Shown: piece after piece, positions 38,672 to 51,140 of the stretch
Position numbering within the stretch: the stretch's first letter is position 1
Layout: the number at the start of each line of letters is the position of its first letter
Source of the DNA: Trichosphaerium sp. ATCC 40318
Lineage: Eukaryota; Protista; Tubulinea
Length of the DNA: 64,000 bases
Reading direction: 5' to 3'
NCBI GenBank assembly: GCA_038496445.1
Contig: JALMLS010000288.1
Coordinates: 62,001 to 126,000, forward strand
Program-made: the position numbers and the translations under genes
Notes under the pieces: generated by a model
Database searches by the model: none
Told to the model about the DNA's origin: nothing
Seen by the model: only the letters and a program-made list of their open reading frames with translations

Positions 38672-40983
38672 CCTTTAAGCACGTGGCTGACTATTAGCGA
38701 TTCGAACTTGAAATAAAATAAAAGGATTTACCTCACTGAGTATGAGAAGTTGCTTGCGTTGTATGACTATTTTGAAATGACTTATGTACAACCACAAAGT
38801 ATGTGCACTGCTTTAAGTAACGCGGTTACCTACTCGCGAGTGTACTAACACTAGCGAGAGCATTTCTTTTTCTCTGCGAACGGCTACGATACTGTTTTTT
38901 AGGGAGCATACAGCTATTTTTGTTTGAACAACACGTGAATTGTGAACAAAAGTATTTCGGATATAGTTTTACCGAGAGCGTGACTAGCGCAAAGTTAAAG
39001 TTTATAAACTGAAGATTTATGTCCAGGTATGCTTATTACAGGTACCGTATAAAACCACGTGACAGATTAACTGTTCGGAGGTAAACTTGCTTTACTAAGA
39101 CTCTTAGTCTATCAGCAGTGTATCCACAGTGCCGTAATAAACCGTACAACTATATTCGCACGTACTTTCGAGTGTGAGTTAAAATTGTGTGTTGGAACTT
39201 TCTTTCTATTATAACTCACCTTTTGTCTTTATAATTTCTACTACGAGTGTTGGTATTCATCTACAACTCGCAAAAAAGTGTAGGTACCAAAAAGGCCGAA
39301 AATTTACGGACATTATAGTGTGAACAACTTCGAGAGTGGAGCAATCCTAACGCGATAGTGCCAGATTTTGGGAAATATTAGAAAACCAGTGAACACTAAG
39401 TGTTTTTTTGGGCACGGAAATAATGTTAGAACACTGGTTCTGGTGTAAGCGCTAGGCGTCTTAGAGTAGTTGATTGTTCCACCAAAACTCAGGGATTACC
39501 CATTTTAAACAAGCTGATGGCAGGGCTAGATAGTCAGGGCGAACTTCTTAGGTCGGAAAAAAGAAACCCCAACTCACATTCATCTTCGCTCTCCTTTTTT
39601 TTTCAACACTTGTGCAACATAAACTCGCTCTGCTGTTCACTTGTAGAAAAAGAACTTGTACATAACAATCAGTGCCACTGTTGCGACTAAGTTGAAGAAT
39701 AGCAATTTTATTTATAGTGTTATCTTCTACAGCGATACGTATAAACTCTTGACATTGTTGTGTAAACGTCAGAAAAGCGAAGTTTCCTTGTTGAGAATAG
39801 AATTAAACACAGTCTCGTTTTCAAAGGAGATTATAACTCTGGATAATTAAAACAATGTGATGTTAATAGGCACTGGTTCGTTAGAGAATATGATGTTTAG
39901 ATTGTCGAATGTAGCATTGACAGGAAGTGTCTCAACAATTGACGTGATGACTAATCTAAATACCACAGGTGCTATCGTACTTCAAGATGGCTGTAAAGCT
40001 GGTTCCACTGGATGAGGTGTGCGTGAGAAAACGCCACTTGATTCATCATAAAAGATAATATTGGACGTATTATCTGCAAACAACAAAGTAACCTGCTGAA
40101 GATACCGAGTTATTAGACGCCCTCTTCGAACGGTTATGCTTCTGAAACACGTACTGTAACTACACTCTGAGTTGTCCTATAAAGCACTCAATTCAGTTAT
40201 ATTAGAACTACCTGGGGTATTCTGCGTATATGTTATCAAGAAAAACGTTCTAGAAACAATGTTAAAAGTCATCAAAAGGTTTCGATCTTGTACTTTGTAG
40301 GCACGGATTGTCAGTTTTGGTCCTTGTTCTGCAGAAACGACTAATACATGTTCATCTATTGCTGTTCCTAGTGCAAGAACATAAGATACATGAGGGGTTT
40401 AAGTACTAAAAGCGTTTTGTATCCCTAAAAAAAAAGGCTACTATGGCACAGTTTTGTGATTCCTTAAACGCATCTACACCGGTGTAGATTTGTACTTTAA
40501 TCTAACAATTTTTGTTATGGTACTATCAGTATCCCCACGTTACACGAGGCATCGCTCAGCTAAGAGTCTGTTTTTACAGAACCAAGTGATACAAGAGAGG
40601 TCGGAATGTTAAGTTTTCGTTTTTCAGCTAACCCAAAGTATCGAAATATCCTATTAGTGCATCTTTGTGGGTTAAGATGAAAACGTCACGTGCTTGCTAC
40701 TAATCAGGAGTTACCTTGAATTCTTCAGGGTTGAAAATAGGTGCTACACTATGAGCATAAGGTACTACACATTGAGAGCGGCAGGTACAACTCCTGTGCA
40801 AGCCCTTTGTTAGCAACGATGTATGTGCTTACCTTAAATTGGGTCATTCAGTACAATACAGTCTGTCTAAATGTGATCATATTTAGTGTAGAACTTTGAC
40901 TTAATTAAGCTTTGTTACTTAGTTTCAAAAAAGCGATACTCTAAGCCAGCAACCAGCTCTCTAATTTTTGATACGCCTGTTGA

Positions 40984-41676
40984 ATGGAACAAAACAGATC
41001 GATGGCGGATGTGTATAGCTGTTTTAACGTTTTACATCTTCCTATGGAGATACAACTTGATATTATGGATCTAGACTTGGAAATATTCACAAAGTGGCCA
41101 CTGTTATGCAAACGTTCAGCATTTACAACAAGATTTGATAGTGAGTTAAATAAACACGGTAAATGGAAGACAAAAAGAAGAAAGTACAACAGATTCTTTA
41201 TTTCTCATTGGGAACATGGTAGACTTCATGGAGGGTACATAACGTACATAAATGGGCAATTGGATGAACTAACCACTTTTGTACATGGTAACCAAGAAGG
41301 AGAGAACAAGAGATGGTATGATAATGGTCAATTGAAGCAGCTGTGCTACTATCTTAATAATAAGCGGGAAGGAGTCTACAAAGATTGGTATGCCAATGGT
41401 CAGCTGAGGTCACAGTGGACTTATATCAATGGCAAACGGGAAGGAGATTGCAAAGGGTGGCATTGTAATGGAAAGTTGCGAACATTGTGCTACTACAATG
41501 ATGATTCACTTGAAGGAGAGCACAAGAAGTGGTATGATAATGGACAATTATATGAATTGTACTGTTATGTAGATGGCATAAGGCATGGGCAGTTCATATC
41601 ATGGTACCGTGATGGTCTTCCACGTGAAAAGGGTATTAATAAAAATGGGGAAGAAATATCCGTTACCTTTCTTTAA
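40984..41676 (+). CDS. F-box + MORN-variant repeat protein (intronless, 230 aa)
   Basis: VLHLPMEIQLDIMD...KWPLLCK (paralogue of 13703-15211); repeats EGxxKxWYDNGQL. Confidence 0.85.
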   Translation: MEQNRSMADVYSCFNVLHLPMEIQLDIMDLDLEIFTKWPLLCKRSAFTTRFDSELNKHGKWKTKRRKYNRFFISHWEHGRLHGGYITYINGQLDELTTFVHGNQEGENKRWYDNGQLKQLCYYLNNKREGVYKDWYANGQLRSQWTYINGKREGDCKGWHCNGKLRTLCYYNDDSLEGEHKKWYDNGQLYELYCYVDGIRHGQFISWYRDGLPREKGINKNGEEISVTFL

Positions 41677-42199
41677 TGTACTGAGCACGTGTATTAATTG
41701 TCCAATAAAGCAGCAATTTCAATACCAAACAAATTGCATTGTTCAAAGCTACTACTATTAATCCGACAAATACAACAAGAGCAGATTAGAAGAGAGCCCG
41801 TCTCTAGGCATGACTAAGAACTTTGTTGCAAAGTTACACGAAACACATAAAACAAAGATAACTTTCAGTAACCCCATGGACGTTTACTACAGCCTCTATT
41901 CTTTGGTATGGCCTATTTTGTGTTGCATATTATAAACTAGCGTATTATCACACTAGCTGTCTGAGTGCGGTGGAACCTTATACGACATTTGCCAACAAAT
42001 TGTAGCTTAAGCTGCCAGCCTTCGACTCCTTAGTCTCTATGTCTGTGGTTTGTACAATTTTCTGTCACTATTGCCCTAGTACCCAGCCAATTCTTTTTGC
42101 ATCAGAGCAAAGGTGCAAAATGGTCAGTAGCACCAGTGTAGTGCAAATAGCTAACAAAACTACAACTTATATACATTTCAACAGGAAAAAAGACGTATT

Positions 42200-42510
42200 C
42201 TTTAAGTAGCACGTTTTGATTAATCAAAACAATGCTGATATGGTTTCCGCATGTGTATATAGCTATCACAGCGTTTGTGAGAGTTTCGAAATGTGCATTA
42301 TCCATATTGGAGTAATGAAACTAGATTTTTCAGTGAAGTGAAGCGACATATACTGAAAACAGAAGTTATCATTTAGTAGCACGTTTTTTGAAACAAAACA
42401 TCGCCGATAAGGTTTCCACATGTGTAAATAGCTACCACAAGCCTTTGGGAGAGTTTTGAAATGTGCATTATCCATATTTGAGTAATTACAATAGAAATTT
42501 CAGTGAAGTA
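42200..42510. repeat. Two diverged tandem copies of a ~170-bp unit
   Basis: agtagcacgtttt...gaaatgtgcattatccatatt...cagtgaagt occurs at ~42205 and ~42375. Confidence 0.8.
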
Positions 42511-43125
42511 CAGTCTGTATCCCACAATTTATTTCTGAGAGTGTTTTATGGGTATAAAAAGAAACGAAAATGTTTAGGTAATTGTAGTAGTTGCAGTGTG
42601 TGCACCACGCGTGGGGCTTCCTAGCCATTTGGTCGAAAATATTTAAGGGAGTCCTCCGTCTAGCTTAGTGGGTGTATGCATTGCGAGGTGGAATTGACAA
42701 AGTTCCATCTTAATCCGACGTAGTGTGAAAGCTTGAATCGTTACATTAGCCAGCATGTCCTCGTAAGTAGCACGTAATTAACTTAGGAACTCGGTCTGGG
42801 CCAAGAAAATTATAAGGTCCGATACAGAGGTGAGTTCTGCCGTTAGGGAAAAGCTCTATATAAACTTTGAATAGGCGTTGTAAGGCAGCCTACGATCGTT
42901 CTTTTTGTTGTTGCTCTAAATTATGTTGTACCTGATTTTATAAGGTTTGTTTCAACTGAGTAAGTCATTGAACGCTGTTAAAAAATGCTATAGCATATGA
43001 ACACTTATAAAGTGTTTAATTACTGCTACAAAAACTAGCAGAACTTACAAGATGTGTCAGTTTTGTTAGTTCTTACACTTTGATACTTCTGCCAAACCTG
43101 TTGCAAACTTGAATGATACGGACAA

Positions 43126-43530
43126 TAGTGTTAAAAGATTCTTTATTTTGTCCTTCAAACCCCAAGCTCAAATTTTGGAGATGCCGATTACTCTTTGCAA
43201 TTTGATATTTAAATTGGAAACAATAAACCTACATTGCTTGCAACAGAGTGTTGCATTTATGAAGTTCGCTAGCTACAATACCTACAAATACTGATCCTCC
43301 CAAAACAAAGCCGCCAATAGTAGAACTACAATAGTTCTTCAACCAGGTACACCTAATGCTCTCATCTCAAGAGTCAGCGGGATCTCAAAGAAGCGGATTT
43401 GAGATACAAGACATTGCGAGTGGCTCTTCTTAAATGTACGACCCTGGTTCGTTTTTTAAATCTTTCTTTAGCTTGGTTAGATGCTTATTTAGTACAATAG
43501 CTTGTCAAGTCCTAAAAGAGGCCTTTGGAG
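43126..43530 (+). repeat. Diverged direct copy of ~44630-45000
   Basis: Shared gagtcagcgggatctcaaa..gaagcggatttgagatacaagacattgc and tctttagcttggttagatgcttatttagtacaatagctt. Confidence 0.85.
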
Positions 43531-43599
43531 TATAGTACTGTGTGAGATGAGATAAAATGGTGGGTACTATGTTCTCTGTAGATTACTTTCAGAATAGTC

Positions 43600-43770
43600 C
43601 TCAACTTCCCTCTAAAACAAAACAGTTGAGGTATTTACAAGGAGCGTACGCTCTCAAAATCAGTGATATTAGAAAAGTAGACTTTACAGACTTTAGGACA
43701 GTCAATAGAATTGACTTTAGCTTTTGTCACTTACTGACTGATGACCATCTTAAACAACTTTCTGGAGTTT
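43600..43770 (+). pseudogene. Inverted internal fragment of F-box/LRR gene 47012-47695
   Basis: RYLQGAYALK..DIRKVDFTDFRTVN.IDFSFCHLLTDDHLKQLSGV, near-identical to the reverse complement of ~47286-47455. Confidence 0.85.
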
Positions 43771-44579
43771 TTTAAAATCTGGTGTTTGTTGTTTGTAGGA
43801 GCCAATGGACGATAGGGATCTAACGGGTTAAACCGCATGTAGCTTAAAGTGCATAATTTACTACACAAGACGACATAGTTCTGTTGCCAAAATGATGTGT
43901 TCCACCCACTCCTTTCTCTACAAAGAACAAGTGTTAGCTTCAATGTGACACTCACTTGTCATTGATTAATGTAATGAAAGTCTTGTCATTGAGGAAAAAA
44001 AAAAGAATAATGTAAGAAAAAAATCACGTGCTGCATGCTCAGTCGAAACGAAGAAGAACGTCACTCTGTCACCGTCTTCCTGTTTTTGTGTAAATGACCA
44101 TACATACTGGTTATCAGAACTCATCTTATCCTCAATCTGTACATTTGTAATATCCATCATTGAGAATGTATTTATTGCCCTCTCATGGTTTATATTCTAG
44201 AAAAACAAACTCTTAGTCAAACATTCATATTAGACCCACAAAAAATGCACCTTGTAATAGGACAACGTTTCAATTCCCAAATCAAAATAACGTGTCTTCC
44301 ACCGTTTAACCACGTTACCTCGTTTTACAATATACCCTTTCATTGGTACAAGCTTGTAGCGCTAGAAACACTCCGGTTAATACATGAGTTGTGCCAAATA
44401 AGCGTAGTAAGTACTATCAACTACTTAATTCGTGCCTTGTACAGTGAGCTCTTATTTGTGACATCGTAATAGACTGTATTTAACGTCCTCACTATTTTCA
44501 TCATTTTAATTGTCTTAACGTTATCTACAATAAGATATACAAGCTCTGGCGGCAACTGAAGAGCATCCTTACACGACAT
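43731..44579 (-). CDS. F-box + PH domain protein (multi-exon; first intron predicted GC-AG)
   Basis: MSCKDALQLPPELVYLIVD (F-box) ...SSLYK|RYKLVPMKGYIVKRGNVVKRWKTRYFDLGIETLSYYK|NINHERAINTFSMMDITNVQIE...|KERSGWNTSF (PH beta1-beta2 motif and C-terminal Trp helix). Confidence 0.65.
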
Positions 44580-45577
44580 GGTAACTACAATAATAGAAAC
44601 CATACGAGTCAATAATATTCAGCAACAAGTAGTGTTAAAAAGATTCTGTGTCCTTCAAACCACCAAGCTAAAACCTACATTGCTTGCAACAGAGTGTTGT
44701 GTTTATGGATTTTGCTACCTGCAACACCTACAAATACTGGACCTGATCCTCCCAAAACAACAAGGCCACCAACAGTAGAACTTACAATAGCTTCTCAACT
44801 AGATACACCGAATGCTCTCACCTCACGAGTCAGCGGGATCTCAAAAGAAGCGGATTTGAGATACAAGACATTGCTAGTGGCTCTTCTTACACGTATGACC
44901 CTTGTTCGTTTGTAAATCTATCTTTAGCTTGGTTAGATGCTTATTTAGTACAATAGCTTTTGTTCCTTGAGAGGCCTTGGAGTATGGTGCTGTGCAAATG
45001 AAATAATATGTTGACTACATATTTTGTAGGTTCTTATCACTGTGATAGTACGAGCAACTGAAATTGAGGTTTTGCAAACACTTTTTTGTTTAGTCAAAGT
45101 TGTAACGACATTTTATATATCCGCCTTGGCTGTTAAAAAGGATAGTGCAGTCAGCCATCTACAAGATTTTTGTAGTAGCCTCACTGGGTCGGAAATAACA
45201 AGACGGCACTTGCTGGAGGTTTTGCACAAGCTTTGAAAACCGTAAAGGCGTATTGAATTCAGACACATAAAGATATTCCAGCGTGGAGCAGTATTGTAGA
45301 CATTTGAAACGATTAGTACAGCCACGTTTTTTACCGAGTTCTTACCAAAATGGCGTTTATCATAAGATTCACTCTTTTTGAACGTGTCAGTGAATTTTGA
45401 GCGTACAGACTAATTCACGTTTGTTGTCTACATTGCATACAATTACCGCATCTAGTGGCAACTTCGTAGCATTGTTTAGAGCTTTGAATTCTTTGCTGGT
45501 AATTTAGTGATTTTACTTATGTAGTAATTTTACAAGCAACATTGTGCCTGATATAATAATATGTGCTACCACTTATT

Positions 45578-46756
45578 TTAACATAACCTCAAGTTACACA
45601 CACAAAAGCGAGGTTCATATACAAACCTTATTACTGGTAAGTATTCTGTATCTGTGTAAACAAAAGCTCCATCAATAGCATCAATTGTAACATTCTGACA
45701 ACTTGTAACATTAATTATTCTGACACCAGTTAATGCCCTAACACCATCATCTGTAATATTACACTTTGCAAGGTTAATTGTATGAACACCAACCAACGCT
45801 TTGACGCCTTCATCTGTAACTTTTGTCTTGCAAAGGTTAATTGTATGAACACCAGCTAGTGCTTTAACACCTTTATCTGTAATGTGTATACAGTATGATA
45901 AATCAATAGTATGAACACCTGCCAATGCTGTAATACTCTTATCAGAGACATAGTCACAACGCCTTAAATGGATTTCATGAACGCCAGCCAGCGCTTTAAC
46001 ACCATCACCTCTAATATCATTATAGCTTAAACTAACAGTATGAGCACCAGCCAATGCTTTAACACCTTTGTTTGTAACATCACAACTGTCCAAATTAATT
46101 ATATGTACACCTGCTAATGCCTTAGCACCTTTATCTGTAACATGTTCACACCCTTTCAAAAAAATGGTATGAACTCCTGCCAAAGGTATGATGCCATCAT
46201 CTGTAATGTGTACACATTCTGTTAAATCAATAGAATGTACTCCAGCCAAAGCTTTCACGCCATCATCTGTGATGTGTTTACATTCTGATAAATTGATTGT
46301 ATGAACACCAGCCAAGGCTTTAATACCTTCATCTGTGACATGTATACATTCTGATAAATTAATTGTATGAACACCAGCCAATGCTTTCACACCATCATCT
46401 GAAATTTGTATACATTCTGATAAATCAATAGTATGAACACCTGCCAATGCTCTAACACCATTGTTGGTAATATCCTCAATTCCTGATAAACGAATTGTAT
46501 GGACACCTGCCAAAGCTTTAAGAACAGCATCATTAGCACCCCATAAATTAATAGTATGAACACCAGCTAAGCAGCTAATATTATCATCAGATACAAGTGT
46601 ATGACAAAGATTGATGGTGTGAACGCCAGATAAAGCTCTAATACTGTCATCTATTTTTTCAAGTCCCCACAAATTTATCTCATGAACACCAGCCAGTGCT
46701 TTAATACCTTCATCTGTAAGGACTGTGTTACAAGATATATCAATTGTATGGACACC
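45578..46756 (-). pseudogene. Headless LRR array (~17 repeats) lacking ATG and F-box
   Basis: The open frame starts right after TAG at ~46757 with GVHTIDISC..., mid-repeat; repeats ALAGVHTIxLSECxxITDDGVK. Confidence 0.7.
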
Positions 46757-47011
46757 CTAGCGAAATACCTTTACGAATAGAATACCGAATCTACGCCAGA
46801 ACGTAAAAAGTTGGAAATAGTCGAATATATTCCGATTCGGTTTTCAGAGAAGAGCGACTGTGAAACTGAAAGTTGTTGGCTTTTTGAATCACCAAGTGCT
46901 TTTTGTTCATCCAAACCATCTCATACGTTTGCACATTCACATTTTGTATGACATAGAGTGGTTTAAAGCCCTATATTGAGTGAGTTTAAGAACTACGTTT
47001 TAGCGGTAAAA

Positions 47012-47695
47012 CTAAGTCACAGTAAGCCTAACCACACTTTTGTTGTTTGAAATTGTGACAGTGGTGACGTTTTTTTTGACAATTGTGTGAATACCAGATA
47101 ATGCTTTGAGAACATTGTCTGTAATACATGGACAAAAACTCAAATCAATTTCATGAACGCCTGATAGTGATTTAATACCTTTTGCTGTAACACGTGTGCA
47201 AAAGCTTAAGCCAATCGTGTGAACGCCAATTAATGATTTAATACCTCGATCTGTAACCTTTGTTCCATTTAATATGATTTTATGAACTCCAGAAAGTTGT
47301 TTAAGATGGTCATCAGTCAGTAAGTGACAAAAGCTAAAGTCAATACTATTGACTGTCCTAAAGTCTGTAAAGTCTACTTTTCTAATATCACGTGTTTTGA
47401 GAGCATACGCTCCTTGTAAATACCTAAAGTGTTTTTGTTTTAGGGGGAAGTTGAGTACTATTTGAGTTGTCTTGATGAGATGTGGTGATTGTTTGTAAAG
47501 TTGTTTCAGTTCTTTTTTCGTTTTAACCAGAGTAGTTGCCCTTTTGAGTTCATATCCCAAGTACTGTGTTGCTACATTTGATAATATTTTACACGTACAT
47601 ACAACTGAATGCATAGATAACGTTGAAACAAATTGTAGAACGATAATTATGATTTCTACAGGAATCTCATCAAAGAATGCGCTGTTTGAGTTCAT
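47012..47695 (-). CDS. F-box/LRR protein (short)
   Basis: MNSNSAFFDEIPVEIIIIVLQF...VVCTCKIL, then ~5 LRRs LSGVHxIxLSFCxxxTD. Confidence 0.8.
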   Translation of the reverse strand: MNSNSAFFDEIPVEIIIIVLQFVSTLSMHSVVCTCKILSNVATQYLGYELKRATTLVKTKKELKQLYKQSPHLIKTTQIVLNFPLKQKHFRYLQGAYALKTRDIRKVDFTDFRTVNSIDFSFCHLLTDDHLKQLSGVHKIILNGTKVTDRGIKSLIGVHTIGLSFCTRVTAKGIKSLSGVHEIDLSFCPCITDNVLKALSGIHTIVKKNVTTVTISNNKSVVRLTVT

Positions 47696-48062
47696 TTTAC
47701 TTTCTAATACTAATAATAGGAGAGACGAGTAGCCACGTGTTATTTGTAGTTTTACCAAGTGTTCACTTAACGTTTAAACGATTTTTGAAAAATCACGTTT
47801 TTTTTTTTGGTCTTGCCACAAGTGGCGACCTTGTGTAAGATCTTTAGAGAGCTTTAATTACTTGGACGTGCATAAGGTCAAATCCTTTCGCACGTCATAC
47901 TCCCATTCTCGTTTCCTCAATCCCACCTGCCCTGAAACTATTCTCAAATCCGCTTCTTTGAGATCCCGCTGACACTTGAGATGAGAGCATTCGGTGTATC
48001 TAGTTGAGGAACTATTGTAAGTTCTACTGTTGGCGGCCTTGTTGTTTTGGGAGGATCAATCC

Positions 48063-48978
48063 GAGGCCGGCTTAACTGCCCGGTGAATGCAGCTTCTCTT
48101 CAGCATATCTTTTATTTTACACCTTTAGGTTATCTCTACACTCTCCAGAGCCCTTTACGCCCATGATGGGCCCAAAGCACTCCTGCGCACACAGTTTAAT
48201 GCTATAGCTCTGTTTGACATGCTAAAGTACTTTTAGTCACACCGCTGGCCTTTCTTTTGTATTTCGTTGGTAATCTGATTTAATTCTCTATTCTGCTTTT
48301 ACACGCTAAAATCAACTACACTAACTCGATTTTACCTTTCTCACCGCTTTTTAGCAACAAACTAACTTCCTAAAGGAACACCTCACTATTTCTACGTCTA
48401 CGGCCATTGAACATGCTTGTAACTCAAACATTATTAGCAGGTAATGAAACTAGATGTCAGTGAAGATAGCAAGGTCAAATTTTTGAAATAATTTTTTTTT
48501 TTTTTTTTTTGGTACTTCCTTTTCGTATAATCACGTGCGCAATGAATATGTTTCCACAAGTGTAGATAGCTTTGCTATGAGGAACATTTCTTTTTTAGCT
48601 GGGACTGGACCATTTCTATATGCACTTGAGCAATACAGTAATTAAACGGATAGCAACAAATTGTCCATGAAAACGTTAACCTCAGAACTGTAATCAAATT
48701 GCTGACCATTAATAGAACATACGCATATGCCGGACGACAAGGTTGGTTAAAAAAAAAATGGGCAAAAGAAAAGAAATTGGTATGTAAACACTTTTGGAGA
48801 TTTATTTTTACTTTAGTTTTATTTTCATCTGTACGATTGGTTCTGTTCCATGACATGATGTCCTCCTGTAACTTTCTGTACACGCATGTCAATCTGTAAG
48901 TCGTCTTCCATGTAAACCCCCCTATATGTAATAAAGTAGGCGCTAGCGCGCTGCCTCTTGTTCTAAAAAAAAAAAAAA
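48063..48978 (+). mobile_element. Retroposed (non-LTR, TPRT-type) insertion with poly(A) tail and 19-bp TSD
   Basis: gttttgggaggatcaatcc at 48044-48062 and 48979-48997; A14 at 48965-48978; AATAAA at ~48930; single-copy empty site in the left arm (~44740-44760). Confidence 0.85.
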
Positions 48979-49156
48979 GTTTTGGGAGGATCAATCCAGT
49001 ATTTGTAGGTGTTGCAGGTAGCAAAATCCATAAATGCAACACTTTGTTGCAAGCAATGTAGGTTTTAGCTTGGTGGTTTGAAGGACACAGAATCTTTTTA
49101 ACACTACTAGTTGCTGAATAATATTGACTCGTATGGTTTCTATTATTGTAGTTACC

Positions 49157-49900
49157 ATGTCGTGTAAGGATGCTCTTCAGTTGCCGCCAGAGCTCGTATA
49201 TCTTATTGTAGATAACGTTAAGACAATTAAACTGATGAAAATAGTGAGGACGTTAAATACAGTCTATTATGATGTCACAAATAAGAGCTCACTGTACAAG
49301 GCACGAATTAAGTAGTTGATAGTACTTACTACGCTTATTTGGCACAACTCATTTAACAAGAGCGTTTCTAGCGCTACAAGCATGTACCAATGAAAGGGTG
49401 TATTGTAAAACGAGGTAACGTGATTAAACGATGGAAGACACGTTATTTTGATTTGGGAATTGAAACGTTATCCTATTACAAGGTGCATTTTTTGTGGGTC
49501 TAACATGAATGTTTGACTAAGAGTTTGTTCTTCTAGGATGGCAATGGGTATATTCTCAATGATGGATATTACAAATGTGCAGATTGAGGATAAGATGAGT
49601 TCTGAAAACCAGTATGTATGGTCATTTACACAAAAACGGGAAGACGGTGACAGATTGACGTTCTTCTTCGTTTCGACTGAGCATGCAGCACGTGATTTTT
49701 TTTCTTACATTATTCTTTTTTTTCCTCAATGACAAGACTTACGTTACATTAATCAATGACAAGTGAGTGTCACATTGAAGCTAACACTTGTTCTTTGTAG
49801 AGAAAGGAGTGGGTGGAACACATCATTTTGGCAACAGAACTATGTCGTCTTATGTAGTAAATTATACACTTTAAAAAAGCTACATGCGGTTTAAGCCCGT
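49157..49900 (+). pseudogene. Inverted duplicate of the F-box + PH gene, apparently frameshifted
   Basis: Same F-box and MKGCIVKRGNVIKRWKTRYFDL exons, but altered sequence after the acceptor at ~49536 shifts the next exon's frame. Confidence 0.6.
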
Positions 49901-51140
49901 GATAATTTAATGTGCATTCAGCTCCAGAAACGAAGAGCAAGGTAAATAAAAAATGCAAGGTTGGGGTAGTACAGTCGAAATCACTTTTACATAATAATAC
50001 ACTTTAAACGCTACATGCGAGTTTGAGAACACCGCCATAAAGCTTATGACCACTGTACACGGAAAGTCTTTCTTTTGCAAGTGAATTAACATGATGAAGT
50101 GTTACCATGGTTTAAAGTACATTTATTATGTACCTCTTTGTCACTAGTTTAGTGCCTATAGCTCTAATAGCTCTTTTTTTATTGTAGGCTTTGTATAACG
50201 TATGACTCGAATCCAAGGTCCTGATACTGTATTACCATTTAACACAACTCTTGCAAAGAAAACCTCCTTCAGATTTGTTATGACAGCCCCACAGTGGGGG
50301 GAACAATAGGTATACTATATAACAAAATAGTACACTTTTGTGTAGTTCACTGTACTATGCAGCAATCACAGTTACTTTCAAGGTATTCAAGCCACATCGT
50401 AAGTATCATTTGTCGATGTTTTTAACTCTTTATCCTCGTACATTGATTACTCATACATTTGATCAACAAGAATCAAAGTTTTTCCCAAGTGGAAGCTATC
50501 AAGTAACATTTACGTCACCAGCAGCAATACGTACAATTGATACAGGTAGTAGTCATAACTGATGGTACAACAACGTAATCTGCACGCTACTAATCAACAA
50601 TTCAAGCGCAACCTCACACATACTCTTTAGGCTATCATTTGATAGAAGCTCTGTATTTACCAAAGAGTCACAAGGAAAAGAAATGCATCAAGCTCAACTT
50701 GTTTGGTATAATAGTCACCACTGCTTTGCTTCTAAATATAAGTTCACGGATGACGAAAGTTGCAAGGCAATTTTGTTCTTGTTTTGATAGAAGTCACGTG
50801 ATTATAACAATCCTTAATCAATAATCTGACTATGAAGGTAGCTAAATATTGTACAATAAAGTGGGTGTTTGAGCCATGTCGTTTACCATTTACGCACTTG
50901 ATGGCTAATGTTGTGCTGTACATTTCTTACGCTATCATTAAGTATATTTGTAGACTATGAAGGTCCCTTGCAACAGCCACACATCAATTGCTAGCCTGGA
51001 CCTAATTTACATATATGACAAAATTCGGTTACAAGCTCAAACCAAGAGAGGGTGACTTACGGCCAATTAAGCTGAACACAATTATTAAGCGTCAAACTTA
51101 ACTCTTACGCCACAGTGCTATTGCGTAAACAATAAAACAA

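Larger units (their letters stand above)
43823..49900. repeat. Large inverted duplication: arms 43823-44861 and 47942-49900 (right arm interrupted by insertion)
   Basis: Near-identical inverted ORFs (44421-44612 vs 49124-49315; 43966-44160 vs 49538-49732); homology traced to both arm ends. Confidence 0.9.

Noticed and set aside
39700-40100. Coding-like degenerate stretch (similar ones at 45040-45330, 50190-50640 and 59290-59940)
   Set aside because: Interrupted by stops with no identifiable family; possibly pseudogene debris, but not supportable as features.
42590-42900. GC-richer non-coding patch as a possible structured RNA or transposon relic
   Set aside because: No tRNA/rRNA/snRNA signature, no second copy and no convincing ORF.
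43823-49900. Autonomous Polinton/Mutator-type transposon with long TIRs
   Set aside because: No transposase, integrase or polymerase and no outer TSD found; the arms are duplicated gene sequence.
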